Source: Tubiluchus corallicola (Eukaryota; Animalia; Priapulida). Taken from it: DNA of 64,000 nucleotides. The first letter of the stretch is position 1. Every line of letters starts with the position of its first letter. The DNA is taken from assembly GCA_030141605.1 (NCBI GenBank), contig JAQGDQ010000110.1, positions 248,001 to 312,000 on the forward strand, in the 5' to 3' direction. This document shows, piece by piece, positions 27,850 to 41,600 of this stretch. Below the pieces are notes generated by a model that was not told the origin of the DNA, searched no databases, and saw nothing but the letters and a program-made list of their open reading frames with translations. Both the position numbers and the translations under genes were made by a program.

Positions 27850-30800
27850 ATGGAATTTGAAGATAGTGAAGAACATCTATGCTTTACGGTGTGTGGCATT
27901 CCAGCAAGTTACTATTGTAATTTAGAACTTGAGAACTACACCAAGAATTGGTTGCTCTCATTCGTAAGTCCAAGCACAGCTTCCACAAATTTCAGCTGGG
28001 ACAGAACTTGTGAAAAATTCTGTGATCTTGCGGTAAACTGTTCTGTGAGTCCCAAACACGAGGCCTTAGCTTTAATTGGCAAGCTAAAAAGTGAGTGTGC
28101 CTCTTTCTGTTTTGAGAGCCACAATTTTTGGTTTTCATTTGATGAAGTCAAAGGAAGGTTTCGCAGTCAGTCTTCACATCATGTTAAAATTAGTGAGATG
28201 GGTTTAGGAGTATTTGTGGATCATCATCATTTTAAAGAGCATTCAACACTCGCAGACAATAGTTGGGTGTCCATTATTTTTGAGCATAGTAATCAGACGG
28301 TAGTGTTCCGATCCACAATGGGACATTCTTGTTCTAAAATGGAGCTGGCATATCCATCCATGGATCGTACTGTCATTGTATATCAAAACACACTTGGCGG
28401 CAGAGTCAGTTTGTTCCTCTTATATCGTCTAGCACCGAAATTATGGTATAGAAACATGAACTGGTCACATTCCACTTGGAGCAGAACTCTGCACGTTAGT
28501 CCATTTTGCAGTGAAATCATTGGAAAATGTGCTGCTATCAGGCTTACATTTACCGATCATGGCAAAGTCAAAGCCATCCTATCGCGGCTGCAAGATTATC
28601 AGTTCCACATTTATTGGACAAATGTTACCATTTCCATGTCATCAAAAAGGTCTTCAAACGACTTTGACATTGATGCTTTGAGAACACTTGATGTGGATAG
28701 ATGTGTGGATAAACAACGAACACTGTATGCTATCGAGTGTTTGTTGTCTAGAGGATACAGAGTCTGGGATCAAGTTTCTGAAGAATTTGTATCCTTAGTA
28801 CAAGGTTTGTACAAATTCTTAAATTAAATTAGTTTCTTCCTAAATTGATATTAATTTGTGAAGCTCTGTATTATGTATAGGCATCAAAAGCATAAAGGTA
28901 CGACTCCGTGTGCACATAATGTGTGATGCGTGTACACAGTTTATATTTAAACACGTGGAAGTGTTTCCATGTGTACGTAATGTGAGATGCATATTCATTC
29001 GAATGTGATGTCTATCGTCTGAATACGCTTCACGTTTTACAGGTTAAAACTTATTTACTTCAATATCTGCAATTAACGTGGAGTGTTGCATTTCTGTTGT
29101 CAACCTCTAGTAATTTGTTTTTCTCCTTTTTTGCCTGGGGCTGATACGGCTGATATGATAAGTCTGTGTGGCTTGCCATTTGAATAGACAGGTCTGCTTC
29201 AGTGTTTCCTTCATTTTACCTTATCATTTGCCTTCTCCCTCCCTCCTTTTCTACTCCTTTGTCATTGCAGACAATTTACATCTTAATGGCTTTGCTGAAG
29301 CCTTGGAAAATGTCATCGTGAACTCAGTCGACGTGAGCCAGTTTAACAACATCAGAGAAGCGCTAAGTTCCGAAATTGAAAAACTTCGTGTAGCAGAACT
29401 AACTGAGGAGGAAATGCCCCAGAACTTTAGACTGGTATGTACTAAAACATAGACCATTCTATATAATGCTTAAGTCCATACTAAAATGGATTATAAATTT
29501 GACTAAGTTTTCGTCCTAATGTTTCTCATATTTTTCAGGTGGGCAAAATTTTGTTAACACCGAGCAGACTAATTTTCTTGACACCAGAAGCCATTCCCAG
29601 CAATCGCATACTCCGCACAAAAGGACATCGCTCGGAAAACTTTTTACGTGTTGCATTAAGAGACGAGGATGGCAATATCATTGCGTCTAGCCCTGCTAGT
29701 CGACACATTGTTAAAAGGATAAAACTGGTACTGGAAAAAGGTATTATGAGACCTCTTTCAAACGTGGAAGCTGTTCTGATATTCATTAGATTATCTTCCT
29801 GTTTGGTATGTTTACGATTATTCAGCTTCGGCGGAGGTCTATGCTCTTCTTAGAGCTTAGAGCTATTCTAATTTAAAAAGGCAGTAGACCTACTGGTGGG
29901 AGTATGGAGATTTCTCATTTATAAACATTTAATTTCTTAGTATTGTAAATGTTACAAATATTAAATACAGGTGTTAAAGTTGGAGAACTGCAGTACAAGT
30001 TTCTGGGTTGTTCGAACAGTCAGCTAAGGGCTCACTGTTGTTGGCTGTATGCGAGTGACGGGATACACACGGCAGATACAATTCGAAACAGTATGGGAGA
30101 TCTTTCAAATGAACGTTGTGTTGCTACATACATTTCACGACTTGGTAAGTTGTATATATGTGTTTGTCAGGACTTTGGCCTCGAAATTTTCGCATCGATG
30201 TCGAGCCAAAGCTGAAACTGAAGCCAAACATTTTGAATAAAGCAGAGTGAAGCCAGCTCAAGATGAATCAATTGGTGTTGTCGCATAAACTTCACAATTA
30301 AATGCATAAAACATGTTTGGAAATTGCTTTATTTTGGTTCAAACTTAGCAACACTGTTGTAGCAGTTTAATACAAAATTCAAGGACGAAAAGTTTGAATA
30401 GCTAATTAAGTGTACAAAGGCCACATTTAAAAAATATGTTTGTCTTATGTTGTACAACCAGTCATGAGAGGTTAAAGGTCAAGTAAAAGAAGCCAAAGAA
30501 CAACCACTTAATCTAAACACTTGAACACAAGAAAATTTTTATGCCAGTGTGTAGAGCATGGTTAGTAGTGCATAGATTTATCCTTGAGACAAAAAATACT
30601 AGTCATATGTGGATACAAGGCAAACTTGACCGTTGGTCATAGTGGTCATTATTCCACCTAAAACAGAGTTTTTGTGGGAAGTTGTTGTACTTACCTAACA
30701 CATGCTGAATTTGTACTTCATACCATAAATAACTTTAACCCTTTCACTACATTGTTGCTTTTTAACTGGGCAAAATTGATTTTTGCACATTTGACAATAA

Positions 30801-32573
30801 CTTCTTGTGGTGTGTTACTAAAACAAAATGTTGTAAATAAACAAATGTTGTTTGTTATTGCGTACTAATATTAAATATTAGTTGTATTTCTACACATGCA
30901 CACACGTGCGAGCACACATACTTGCACTCACACATATACATGCACACAATCATAAATGAGCATTTATATTTAGGAACCAGTTTTCACAAAAGACACAATG
31001 CTAATCCATAATATCCAATTATTTTATAAGAATGCAGAACAATCAGCTAAACATACGTTTCATCAATGAATGTACAAGTGATTTTGCGTGGAAACATACC
31101 ATACAGTACAGTATAGTGGAATGCTTCTGGTTTCAGATGTTGATTGACTGGTTAACGTTACTTGTTGCACAGTAGCCCTAATCCCACAGCTGTTAAATTT
31201 TCTATAATGTTTTTGCATGGCTATAGCAGTGAAATAAACAAACCTGGGTGACTGCGTTTAGTGCTGAGCTTGGGCGGCAGTCTACCACTTTCTGTCCTTT
31301 GCAAGAAAAACATTGGCGGCAAAAGCTTCTGTAGTGAAAGGGTTAAGACAAGATTCAATATAAGGGATTATGTTATAATTTGCTTCCTAATTATGATTTT
31401 ACTGGCAAGAGTGCATGTATAGAAACAGAGGAAGACTTCAGATTTTAAAAACTTTATAAAATCTTATTAGTGACAAACTCTATATAATTCAGGTCAATTG
31501 AAATTGAATACATTTAGTATACAAAAGCACGGCTATTATGTTTTAAGTTAACAGCAGACTTTATTATACATGTTTGTTAATATGGCCTAATGAGGTTATA
31601 GTTTTTGCGATACAAAGTGCATACATATATTTTATACTTTCTAATTTATATGAATCATATACATTTAAATAAATTAATGTTGCAATCCACTTAACATCGC
31701 TTATAATCGTAACACTTTTCATCAGTTTCGTATTATGAAGAAAAAAGAGAAAAATTGATTATCAACGTCATTACTTTCATGCATGTTTCAAGCAGAATCT
31801 TCGAAAGGTACAAGACTTTCTGACCTTCTCTCACCTTCATAGCATGCTAGTTTAATCCCTGCATCATGGAAAACGGGAATATGAGCATTGGTCCATGTTT
31901 GAGAAATGGCCAAAATTTGATAGACTGTTTAATTCTCATTGTCAAGGCTGTAATATTGAAGCATTGGCATCGAAGGATTGAAGAAAATGAATTGCTTCTC
32001 TGAGTTGTTTTTAGTTCTTCTATGAGTGTACGCTGGGTGCTTAACAGTAAGACAGAACAAAGTAAACAAATATCCAAAAGACTTGTGTCACTGGCAATAG
32101 TCACGTGTTGCAGATGTCATAGCATGTCAATACTGTTCTGACTTTGCTATACCGATATCGGCTAGAGTTTGGCCCAGTCAGCTTCAAACGATTTAGCAAC
32201 TTTTCATTTTCATCATTGTTTCACCGGGGTTGCACTTTTGCAACTGCGTCTAATATTCTTTGAGCTTGCAGAGAACAGAACAACAAGTTTATACAGAAAG
32301 AAGTAACAGTCTTGAATCCAAGACCCACGGCCTTGGTATGGATGCTGCCCCTTAAAAACCTCTTAAGGCCACAAAGCTATTTTTATAGCTGCGTAGTTTT
32401 ATAAAATTGATAATTCTTTATGCGAAATCGAAGGCAAGTTCACTTGAAAATGATAAAATGATGTGTTGCATGTTTTGAAATAAAAGTTCGTTCTTTGTAA
32501 GGCCAGGCCAATAAGTACTTTGGTTTTGATATCTGCATGAAAAATAGTATTATGTTTTTATTGAACTGAGAAC

Positions 32574-32614
<41 letters not shown>

Positions 32615-35600
32615 TCTTTTTCCTTTCATTTGTTTTTTTAAATATAAAATATAAAAAACATAGTTTACAAATTACAAAAGCTAAGACATCTAAAATAGCA
32701 ATAAACACATACAAGCACTAACTGACTATTGGTGAATGCAATGTGCATGTTGGCGTTAATGCAAAATGTTAGTCGTAGATTGCGCTGTGAAGTTGACTCA
32801 TTGTTTTGTAAATATTTGTTTACATGTTTGTTTAGAAAAGATAGGTTATCTTAGCATACAGTTGTTTATTTTTGTGGGCGAATAATATATCTTAAAAATG
32901 GAGCAGTCGTGTGCTTTTATATATAATGTGCCCATACTTGCTGTGTAGGTCAAGCTTTCTCTACCACTATGGATGCTGTTGACCTTGGCTTAGAGGGCAT
33001 TAAGAAGGAAACAATACCAGACGTTGTACGTGGTGTTTACTGCTTTACCGATGGGATTGGCAAGATCTCGAAGCCACTTGCAGATAAGGTATGATCACAA
33101 GAGTGATTCTGCAAGATGGATCTTATGGGTTGTTCTTTGCGACTATACTGCTAGAAGAAGAGCTAACATTCCTCCAGTATCGCTTTTAGAATCATAGAAC
33201 CATGCAAGTCTTTGCCAGCCCTTCATTATTAAAAGGAACGATCATCATAGGGACATGCTATAAATTAGGCCTACTAAATAAGTAAAAAAGTCAATTTCAC
33301 ATTTACAAAATTTTCAAAAATGCATTAGAGTTTCTCTAACTTAAGGTTGTGAGTATTCAGGCCTATCTATGGGTAATGCAGGGTAAAACTAGTGTCACTA
33401 ATAGATCTATCCTTTCTTTTACAGGTGGCAACAAGCTTACCCACGCTTACTTACACGCCATCAGCATTTCAGATTAGATATGGTGGAGCTAAAGGCGTGC
33501 TAACTGTAGATTTAAGTTTAGGTAAGTTTTTTTATCTTCGTCAGCACTTTTTATCATTTATAGGTTATTGCCATTGCTAAACAGACTGTTGTGCAATGAC
33601 AGGCATTCTAAATCCACAAGTGTTTAATTTTTCACAAACATCATAAGGAAAAATGCTTAGACATGACCAAAATATTCACAAAAGTCTAGTAATTTTTTCT
33701 GTAAGACTTGACTACGGTTTCGGAAACGTCAAGTTATGATTTTCAAAACTATCATAAAATAGCCACATTGGCCAAGTATCCTGTTCAAAACATGAAGCTG
33801 TATTGTTTGTCATTGTTGCATCCAGTGCAATCGTGTGGTCATTTGGTACATTGTTTCTTCAAGGTACAGACCACTAATCAGTTTCCATTTATTTCAATGA
33901 GTATAATGTCAAAGATTTCCTTCAGTTACGGTTGCAAGTTGTTTCCTGCAGTTAAGAGTTTTTTGGATATTGTAAAAAGCATCTGCCATTGGTCTTATGA
34001 TTCTATGACTTTGCTTTTATAATTTACTTAAGATCAGTTCCGTTTGATAAGCTGCATTTGCTATGATTTAAACTTTATATGTAAACAGTGTTATATACAG
34101 CGTGTTGACATTTTTTCTCTGGTGATCTAGTTGAGTTTCGTCAGCCTGATTTCATAAATTTTAATTGCTTTCTTGCTTTTTGTTTTTTTTTTCTTTTACA
34201 TTTATTAAACATGAGTATTTTTTGGAGTTTTCAATTCTAATTGATTGCTATCTTGTTTCAGGGGACAAGGAAGTAATCCAGGTACGTCCAAGTATGGAAA
34301 AATTCCATTCACCATATCAGAAACTAGAAATATGTGTTGTTGCTCGACCAGGTCAGTATCCAGTTATTTTTAATATTCCTTTAGTCACTCAAAATTTCAT
34401 TATTTTTTTATATATTTTATATTCTTTATTGCTAAAATGTATTTGTACAAAATCAGTTTTCAGCTGCATTGAAAAACAGATTTAGTGCCAGGCAGTTTTT
34501 ATTTAAGTTAAATGCGCCCATTGTAATTTGTTATTTCAAAATGATTTGAGGTCTAGACCAGGACTCTTAATTCTGTTACATTTAACTCTGCTGTGTTACA
34601 TTCTGACATAGTAGTCTGAAGAGACATGCTTAGTTACCCAGTTTAGCATACTTAATGCCATGTCTGTTCAGACTTTTATAAACAAAACTGCAGGCCGAGT
34701 GACTTCTATTTTATGTTGCTTTGATTGATTTGATGTGGCACGTTGCTTATGCTGTTCTGCCAATCTCAGCTGAAGTTTGTTGATAATTTTTTGCACAACT
34801 CAACAGGAATAAATTTCCGACTCATTTTTATTTTTATAAAGATAGCTGATAAAAGTTTGATATTTGTGAAAAAATTGATTTGCAGAGCAGTTAAAAGCAC
34901 TTCCTTCCAGCATCGAAGCGAACTAGATGAGTCTGAATTACAGTCTGATATGCAATTACGTAACCCTGGATTTCTAACAACATTTAATTTAATTAGCGTT
35001 TATAGCACCACCAACAATCTTCTGCATGGCTTAATACAATACAATCTTATTATATTGCAGCTCCTCTTTATCTCAATAGGCAAGTAATCACTTTGATGTC
35101 GGGCCTTGGCATTCCCGATGAAGTCTTTGTAGATCTTCAGGACAAAATGTTACGTCATCTGTCTAAGATGCTCATTTTCGATTCGGAAGCAGTTCACGGC
35201 TTGGCAGAGGTGAGCAGAGTTTCTTTATACATGTAAAAGTGAAATCTTTTATAATATAATGTTTTGCTTATTCGTTACTTATTGCTACACAAACAACTGC
35301 TTGTGTCACGGTGAACATTGACGTGGATGGAAAATATGATTCGATCCCAGTACTCGGTAAAATCGCAGTTGTTTTTCGAATATCATTAAATTTTGTTTGT
35401 TATCGGAATATTTTAGCTAATTAATTACATAATTTTACCTATTGTACTAATGTTATAAACTTTTAATGTGGCTGTATGTAGTGCGGAACAAAATATTATA
35501 TCTTGAACTAGGATAATTAACTGATCAGTAATCTCATATTTACCTCCAAACAATCATTTATCACTCACCTGTGCTCAATTTAATGGCCTAGATATGAAAA

Positions 35601-38600
35601 ATAAGAGACTGGAAAAGCAGTGACTGTTAATTTGGAAGTTCTTTGTGATGTAGAGCCTATTGAATTTGTGCTAATGTCGTATGATCAACTGGGGTCTGGT
35701 CATGATTAGTTACAGTTCTGCTAGTATTAAAGGAAGACAGGATGATTTTTGATATACTACCTCATTTTCAAGTACTGTAAAAACTATACGTTTTAATATC
35801 AATAATACTGTAAAAGCATTTCTGATAAAATTTAGCTTCTGATGACATCACAAGCTAACATAATTTTCAACAACAGAAACATCCAACTAGCGTGTTTGCG
35901 AAAGCAAAAATTGAAGTACTGTACTACTGTAAGAGATTTAGTGTGTTGTAATAAAACTCAGCATGTTTTTAAATGAAAATTCAAATTTTAAATTACCACT
36001 TGCTTACGCATTACACTTGTGCAATGCATTCCAAAATGCAACTACTAGTGCCCATCTAACTAGCGAATGGCGAAATGCATGTAGCAGAGAAAAACTAGTG
36101 GTGCAAATGAGAAATTGAGTTTGCCTGGTAATAATTCTTTCATGTAAGTCATTTTTAAAAAAATAGTATGTTTCCTTTCAATATTTTAAAGAATAGGTTG
36201 TTTTAACCTATATTTTAACATTGGGTCCAGTTTTTTCTGATTTTGCTTTAAGCTGATTTAAAACTACTGTATGCTCAGTGTTAGTATGTTGTGCATATTT
36301 TCGAAGTACGTATAAGTAAAATTTAGTATTTGAAATGATAAATATTAATGTTGTGTGCATACGTTTTTATCTATGGTGTTATCACGAAGTTCATGGGTTA
36401 ATGACTGTAGTTATATTCTGCAGACTGCTCACATTAATGTTATTATTGTTAAGCATATTGCATAATATAAAATCAAAAAGATATGTTTGGCAGATGGGCG
36501 GTATGTGCTCAGCCTGCAATTATACTTACAGGCGCATTTAGGTTTCAAAACGAAGACATTAACTAAACATGGATTTCCGATTGTGACTGAGCCGTTTTTG
36601 CGCTCTGTTTTGTTGATAGTCTTCAAACAACGATTGCGAGATCTCACGTTGAGATCACGCATAGAGTTACCGCACAGTGATGGACGAATGATGATGGGCA
36701 CTGTAGACGAGTATGGTGTACTTGAGGAAGATGAAGTTTTCGTGCAGTATTCTAAGGAAGTCACTTCACCCAAAGACGAGCTGGTAGGTCTTTGAGACAC
36801 ACTTTTAGTTCTTCTTTTAGAAAAAAATCTAATAAATAAATGGGGTAAAGTGAGTCGTGCTGGTTCTGTTTTTTAGAAAAACTTCAAATAAAAAATGAGG
36901 TGAACCGTAAAATGTTTTATCTGTGTTTGCTTTAATGCATTGTAATAATTATGTATTTGGTAATTTTACGTCAAATCGTCACCAATAAGCAGAGCACTGG
37001 ATAGTTATTATTTGGCAAAAGAATTTCGAAAAAAATTTGCTTGTTGCTGTTTTTGTATGGAAATCTTCTGCAGTAGGAAGCTACATAAGCACATTGTTTC
37101 TGTGCTGCAAAATTACTCATTGTCAGTCATTCATACTAGAATGTCATTGCCACAAAACAATCATAGTTAGCAATGTTATTTCTGTAAGCTGTCTCGTTGG
37201 TAACTTTCAAAAATTTCTAGAATTTTTATCATTTCAATCTTGTCTGCATAGATATATATTATCAAATGCCAAACACATTATAGTACCCATTTTACATTGT
37301 TGTAAGTCCAGATTCTTTCTGTACTGATTTATGACCGAATCCTATTTGCCGTTAACTGTCTTATGTATCTGTTTGACTCCAAAAGGACTGAAGTCATGCA
37401 TATCTTTGCATTTCAGCTGTAGGGCCCAATGCCCAGTGGCAGCTCGTAGCTGAAATTGCTGGGAGTGCTGTTTCAGAAAATTTTTAGCCATTGTTTTAAT
37501 TCTACGTAGAACAAAACAAACATATATAATTTTATGTTGTAATTTTAAACAAATAAACATACGCAAAAATTTATACGTAAACTTGATAAAATCGTAAAAA
37601 AAGATATTGTTTGCTTACGAATAGCCTAAATTGTTGCAGTTCAAGAATATGCTGGTACACCACTTTTAAGCCCATGACAACAGACAACACACACTGCGTG
37701 AGTGACAGTACTCTTTCTACCTCAAGTGCAGCCTCTTATCTCAGACATGTGCACATGGCCTCATGCGCACAACAGTCAAACACCATGTTGCTTGAGCAGT
37801 GACCGCACTGTGCTGGGCTGTGAAACAAACAGTACTACTCTCACGTGCACTTGGCCATACAAGTATAAAGAAAGAACTAAAGAAAAACTTATAATATTGA
37901 ATATTATCGATAATATTGAGTGAAAACAGGAGTGCTGCAGTTCCACGGTACTTGTACACAAGCCCCCACTGCTAGACAAGTCTGGTTCAGACATTTCTGC
38001 CTTGATTCTGAACTAGCTTTGCCAACATCAGTATAATTTCAAAAGTTAATGCCTTTTTCAAGATTCGAACCAGACAGCACAGTTTTTGTGTACAATTTAA
38101 CCTTCAAAGTTGCTTCTGAGGCATTTCATAAACTTTCTAGCAATACAGTTTGTGTGATTAGACAGCAATGTGAACGTTTTGTGCCTTTTTCTAATCTCCT
38201 TAACTTCTGCTGATTATTTGCTAGATTGTGCTCACTGGAGATGTTCTTGTTACGAAGAACCCTTGTTTTCATCCAGGAGATATTAGGATTTACAAAGCTG
38301 TTGATGTACCAGAACTCAGTCATTTATCTGACTGCATTGTCTTTTCTAGCAAAGGTTCTATAATTCATATCTCAATAATTTACTCCGTTACTGACAAATG
38401 GTTTTAAATTAAAAGTATATTTTCTGCGGATTAGTTTTGCATCTGCAACTATACGTATTTGCAATAAATTTCAGTATTCATTAATAATTTATTCTTATTT
38501 TTAGTACAGCTATATAGATCGGTTATCATTGTTATCAAACTACATCAGTTAGTACGGCATGTTATGTACATTAATCCTGCAAGATGATAGAACAAAAACA

Positions 38601-41600
38601 AACCTATAACAGGTTTTCACGAGCATTATAAGCCTTTTATTAAAGACTAACAACTTACCGACAGTTAATGTTAAACGAAAGAACTGTAGTGTACATTGTG
38701 TTTTAGCTGCTAATACTTTTAATTCATACTAATAATAATTGCTCACCTTATTCAACTTGCTGGTAAGCAGAGCAGTACTAAGAACTGTAGTGTATAATAT
38801 GTTTTAGCTCCTAATACTTTTAATTCATGCTAATAATGATTTCTTACCTTATTCAACTTGCTGCTAAGCAGAGTAGTACTAAGAACTGTAGTAGTACTAA
38901 GTTGTTCATACCTTGGTGTAGCATGTAACTATGCACTTCTGTTTATACAGGACATCGGCCCGCTCCAAATATGATATCTGGTTCGGATTTGGACGGAGAT
39001 ATGTACTTTGTCACCTGGAACAAAAAGCTGTTGCCACCTCTCTGCAACCAGGAACCAATGCCATTTCCAAAAGCTGAGAAAAAGTACCTAGATCATGAGC
39101 TGTGCACATCAGATATGATCGATTTCATTGTAGATTACATACTCAATGATCAATTAGGTATGATTGCTAATGCTCATCTTGTGCATGCTGACATGCAGAA
39201 ATACACTATATTTAGTGAACCCTGCTTGGAACTTGCAGAACTGCATTCCTATGCTGTGGATTTTCCAAAAACCGGAAGCTGCCCACCAATGCAGCCGTAT
39301 CTTACCGTCAGACAGTTTCCAAACTTCATGAAGAAGTGGGATAAGCCAAGATACACATCAAAAAAGATCATTGGTAAGTGATGCCTTGTTTTTTTTATTA
39401 GAAACTTTTATCATGGTTAGTTTTATCATGTACTGCCACACATTGCATTTTTGTTGAAACTTGCCAAATGCTAGACTAGTTGCTTTAGTAGTGCACTAAG
39501 CTGAACTGTTTGCAAGTTTACTAGTTTAAGGCAGTAATATTGACTAAACTTCTTTAACTTCACCTGTTTGAAAGAGATTTCATACTTGTCTATTCTTTGC
39601 ATTAAGTTTTAAATGGAGGCTCTTCCTGACATGCTTTACAGCACTAAAAGATGCACATGTATTTTCAGTTTTTTATATAGCTTTGTATAATAAATTTGTC
39701 ATTTTGTTAAAAATGTACTATCATGAGCCGCAGAACTAAAGTTTTTTGTCGCTAACAGCATTACAACCATAAGTGATGTCACTACATGCATACACTGTCG
39801 TGTAGTACTTGCATATGTAATACAACTGTTGTTATTAGTCCATTAATATTTTTAGGAAAACTCTTTGTTACGTGTGAGATGCTTTCCAAGCAACAACTCT
39901 CGTTAAGTGATCAGTTGATGTCTTCAACTGATGTAAAACCGGATCCTCGCTTTTTGATCTCTGGCTTCGAGAGTCACCTCCTCGCTGCACAAGTCGCGTA
40001 CGGCTTGTATTGCAATAAAGTCAACACCGTCATGAAAACTTATGGGATCAGTCATGAAGTCGAGCTGGCGTCTGGCTTTGTAATGAGAGTTGGCAATCAT
40101 CGAGGCATACTTACCAAAGAAACTGGTGACGTGAGAGAACTGTTGAAGGCCAAAATGAACATGATTCGACAGCAGTTTAAGTGTACGCTTTTTGTTAAAT
40201 TCGGAGAAGAAGAAAAAGTGATGGAAAACCCTCCAAAAGAGCTGCTGCAGCTCGTTTCTGCATTTTATTATGTAGCGTATTCTTCACATTCTTCCGAAGT
40301 TTCTCGGTGCTTAAGTTTTCCCTGGATATTTCACAGTTTGCTGGCTGTCATCAACAGGATCAATACCAACTGTGACTTAAGCTTCAACATTCCAGCAAAT
40401 ACTTTGGGACCTCTCTACATATCAAAAAGCATTGAACAATACGTAGAAATTGAATCCGAGCAATACAAAGCAATAGATGTAGCTGTGGGGCGCATTCAGT
40501 CCATGATCAGTGGTGCTTTGAATGTTTCCGTTGTCAGAACTAACCTCACAGAATTGGGATTACATCTAAGTAATCATGTGGACTTAGCTGTGAACACTGC
40601 AGCTGTGGGAAATTATGCTAGTGTGATTACTACGTCATTGCCTAGTTGTCTGCATGTTAGCAAGCAAACAGATGATGTTGTTGTATTGACAGATGCATCA
40701 TTTGAGATTGTGCTTCATAAAGCGGACAGTGAAGTACATGAAAGAACTATTGGTTTGTCAAATGTACTTTCCAACTCACCGTCTTTCCGTAAGTTACTTA
40801 TTGTTCTAGTCAATTGGGCTTCCTCAGTGTCCTTGATTGGATATACAAGACATGACACAATAAGTCCTTTGTGTTTTGCGAACATTTTAAGCAATTATTT
40901 ATTTCAACTGCATGATGCTGATATACAGAACAATCTAGGCATGCATTTTTTGAGTTTGTTGCATTATATAAGCAGTGGACGAGTCATCACTGACCACCAG
41001 GAGGTATTTAACACAATGCCCGAGCCGTTCTGTGATAAGATGACAAAATTCGGTTTGCACGCCTATCATAAAGTTTGCCAGATGCTAAGTGTTTTAGCAT
41101 TATTCGATGACAAGGTAAACTGCGATAGCAATAGAACTAATAATATGCTTGTTGAAAAACTGTCCACTGAAGCATTTAGTTCAATAGTTTATGCTGAGGA
41201 ATATCACTCAAGACGCATGTCTGACAAAACTGGTGCTATTGTAACTATCAAACAGACGGTAATTGGTAACAGCAATGCTTTAGTGCTAGAAGCTTGGGGT
41301 TCAAACAGTGCATTGTGGAACGTGACACAGGAAATCTTAAAGCTGGAACGAAACCGCTTTGTGTCGGTAACCCATCATAGAAAGCGAACATTGGTCCACG
41401 GATCACATGTGTTAATGTTGGAGAAATCTGCGGAGGAGGCGCAGGTGGTATTTGAACCATACCTGGGAGAGACGAATGATAACCATAAAAACCGCAGTTG
41501 TGTCATACCGAAACTTCTGCAGTTGACAGACAATGGAATTGAGTTTGAACATTTCAAGCAAAGTGTGTATCAGCAACGTCAGCTGTTGTTAGACAAATAT

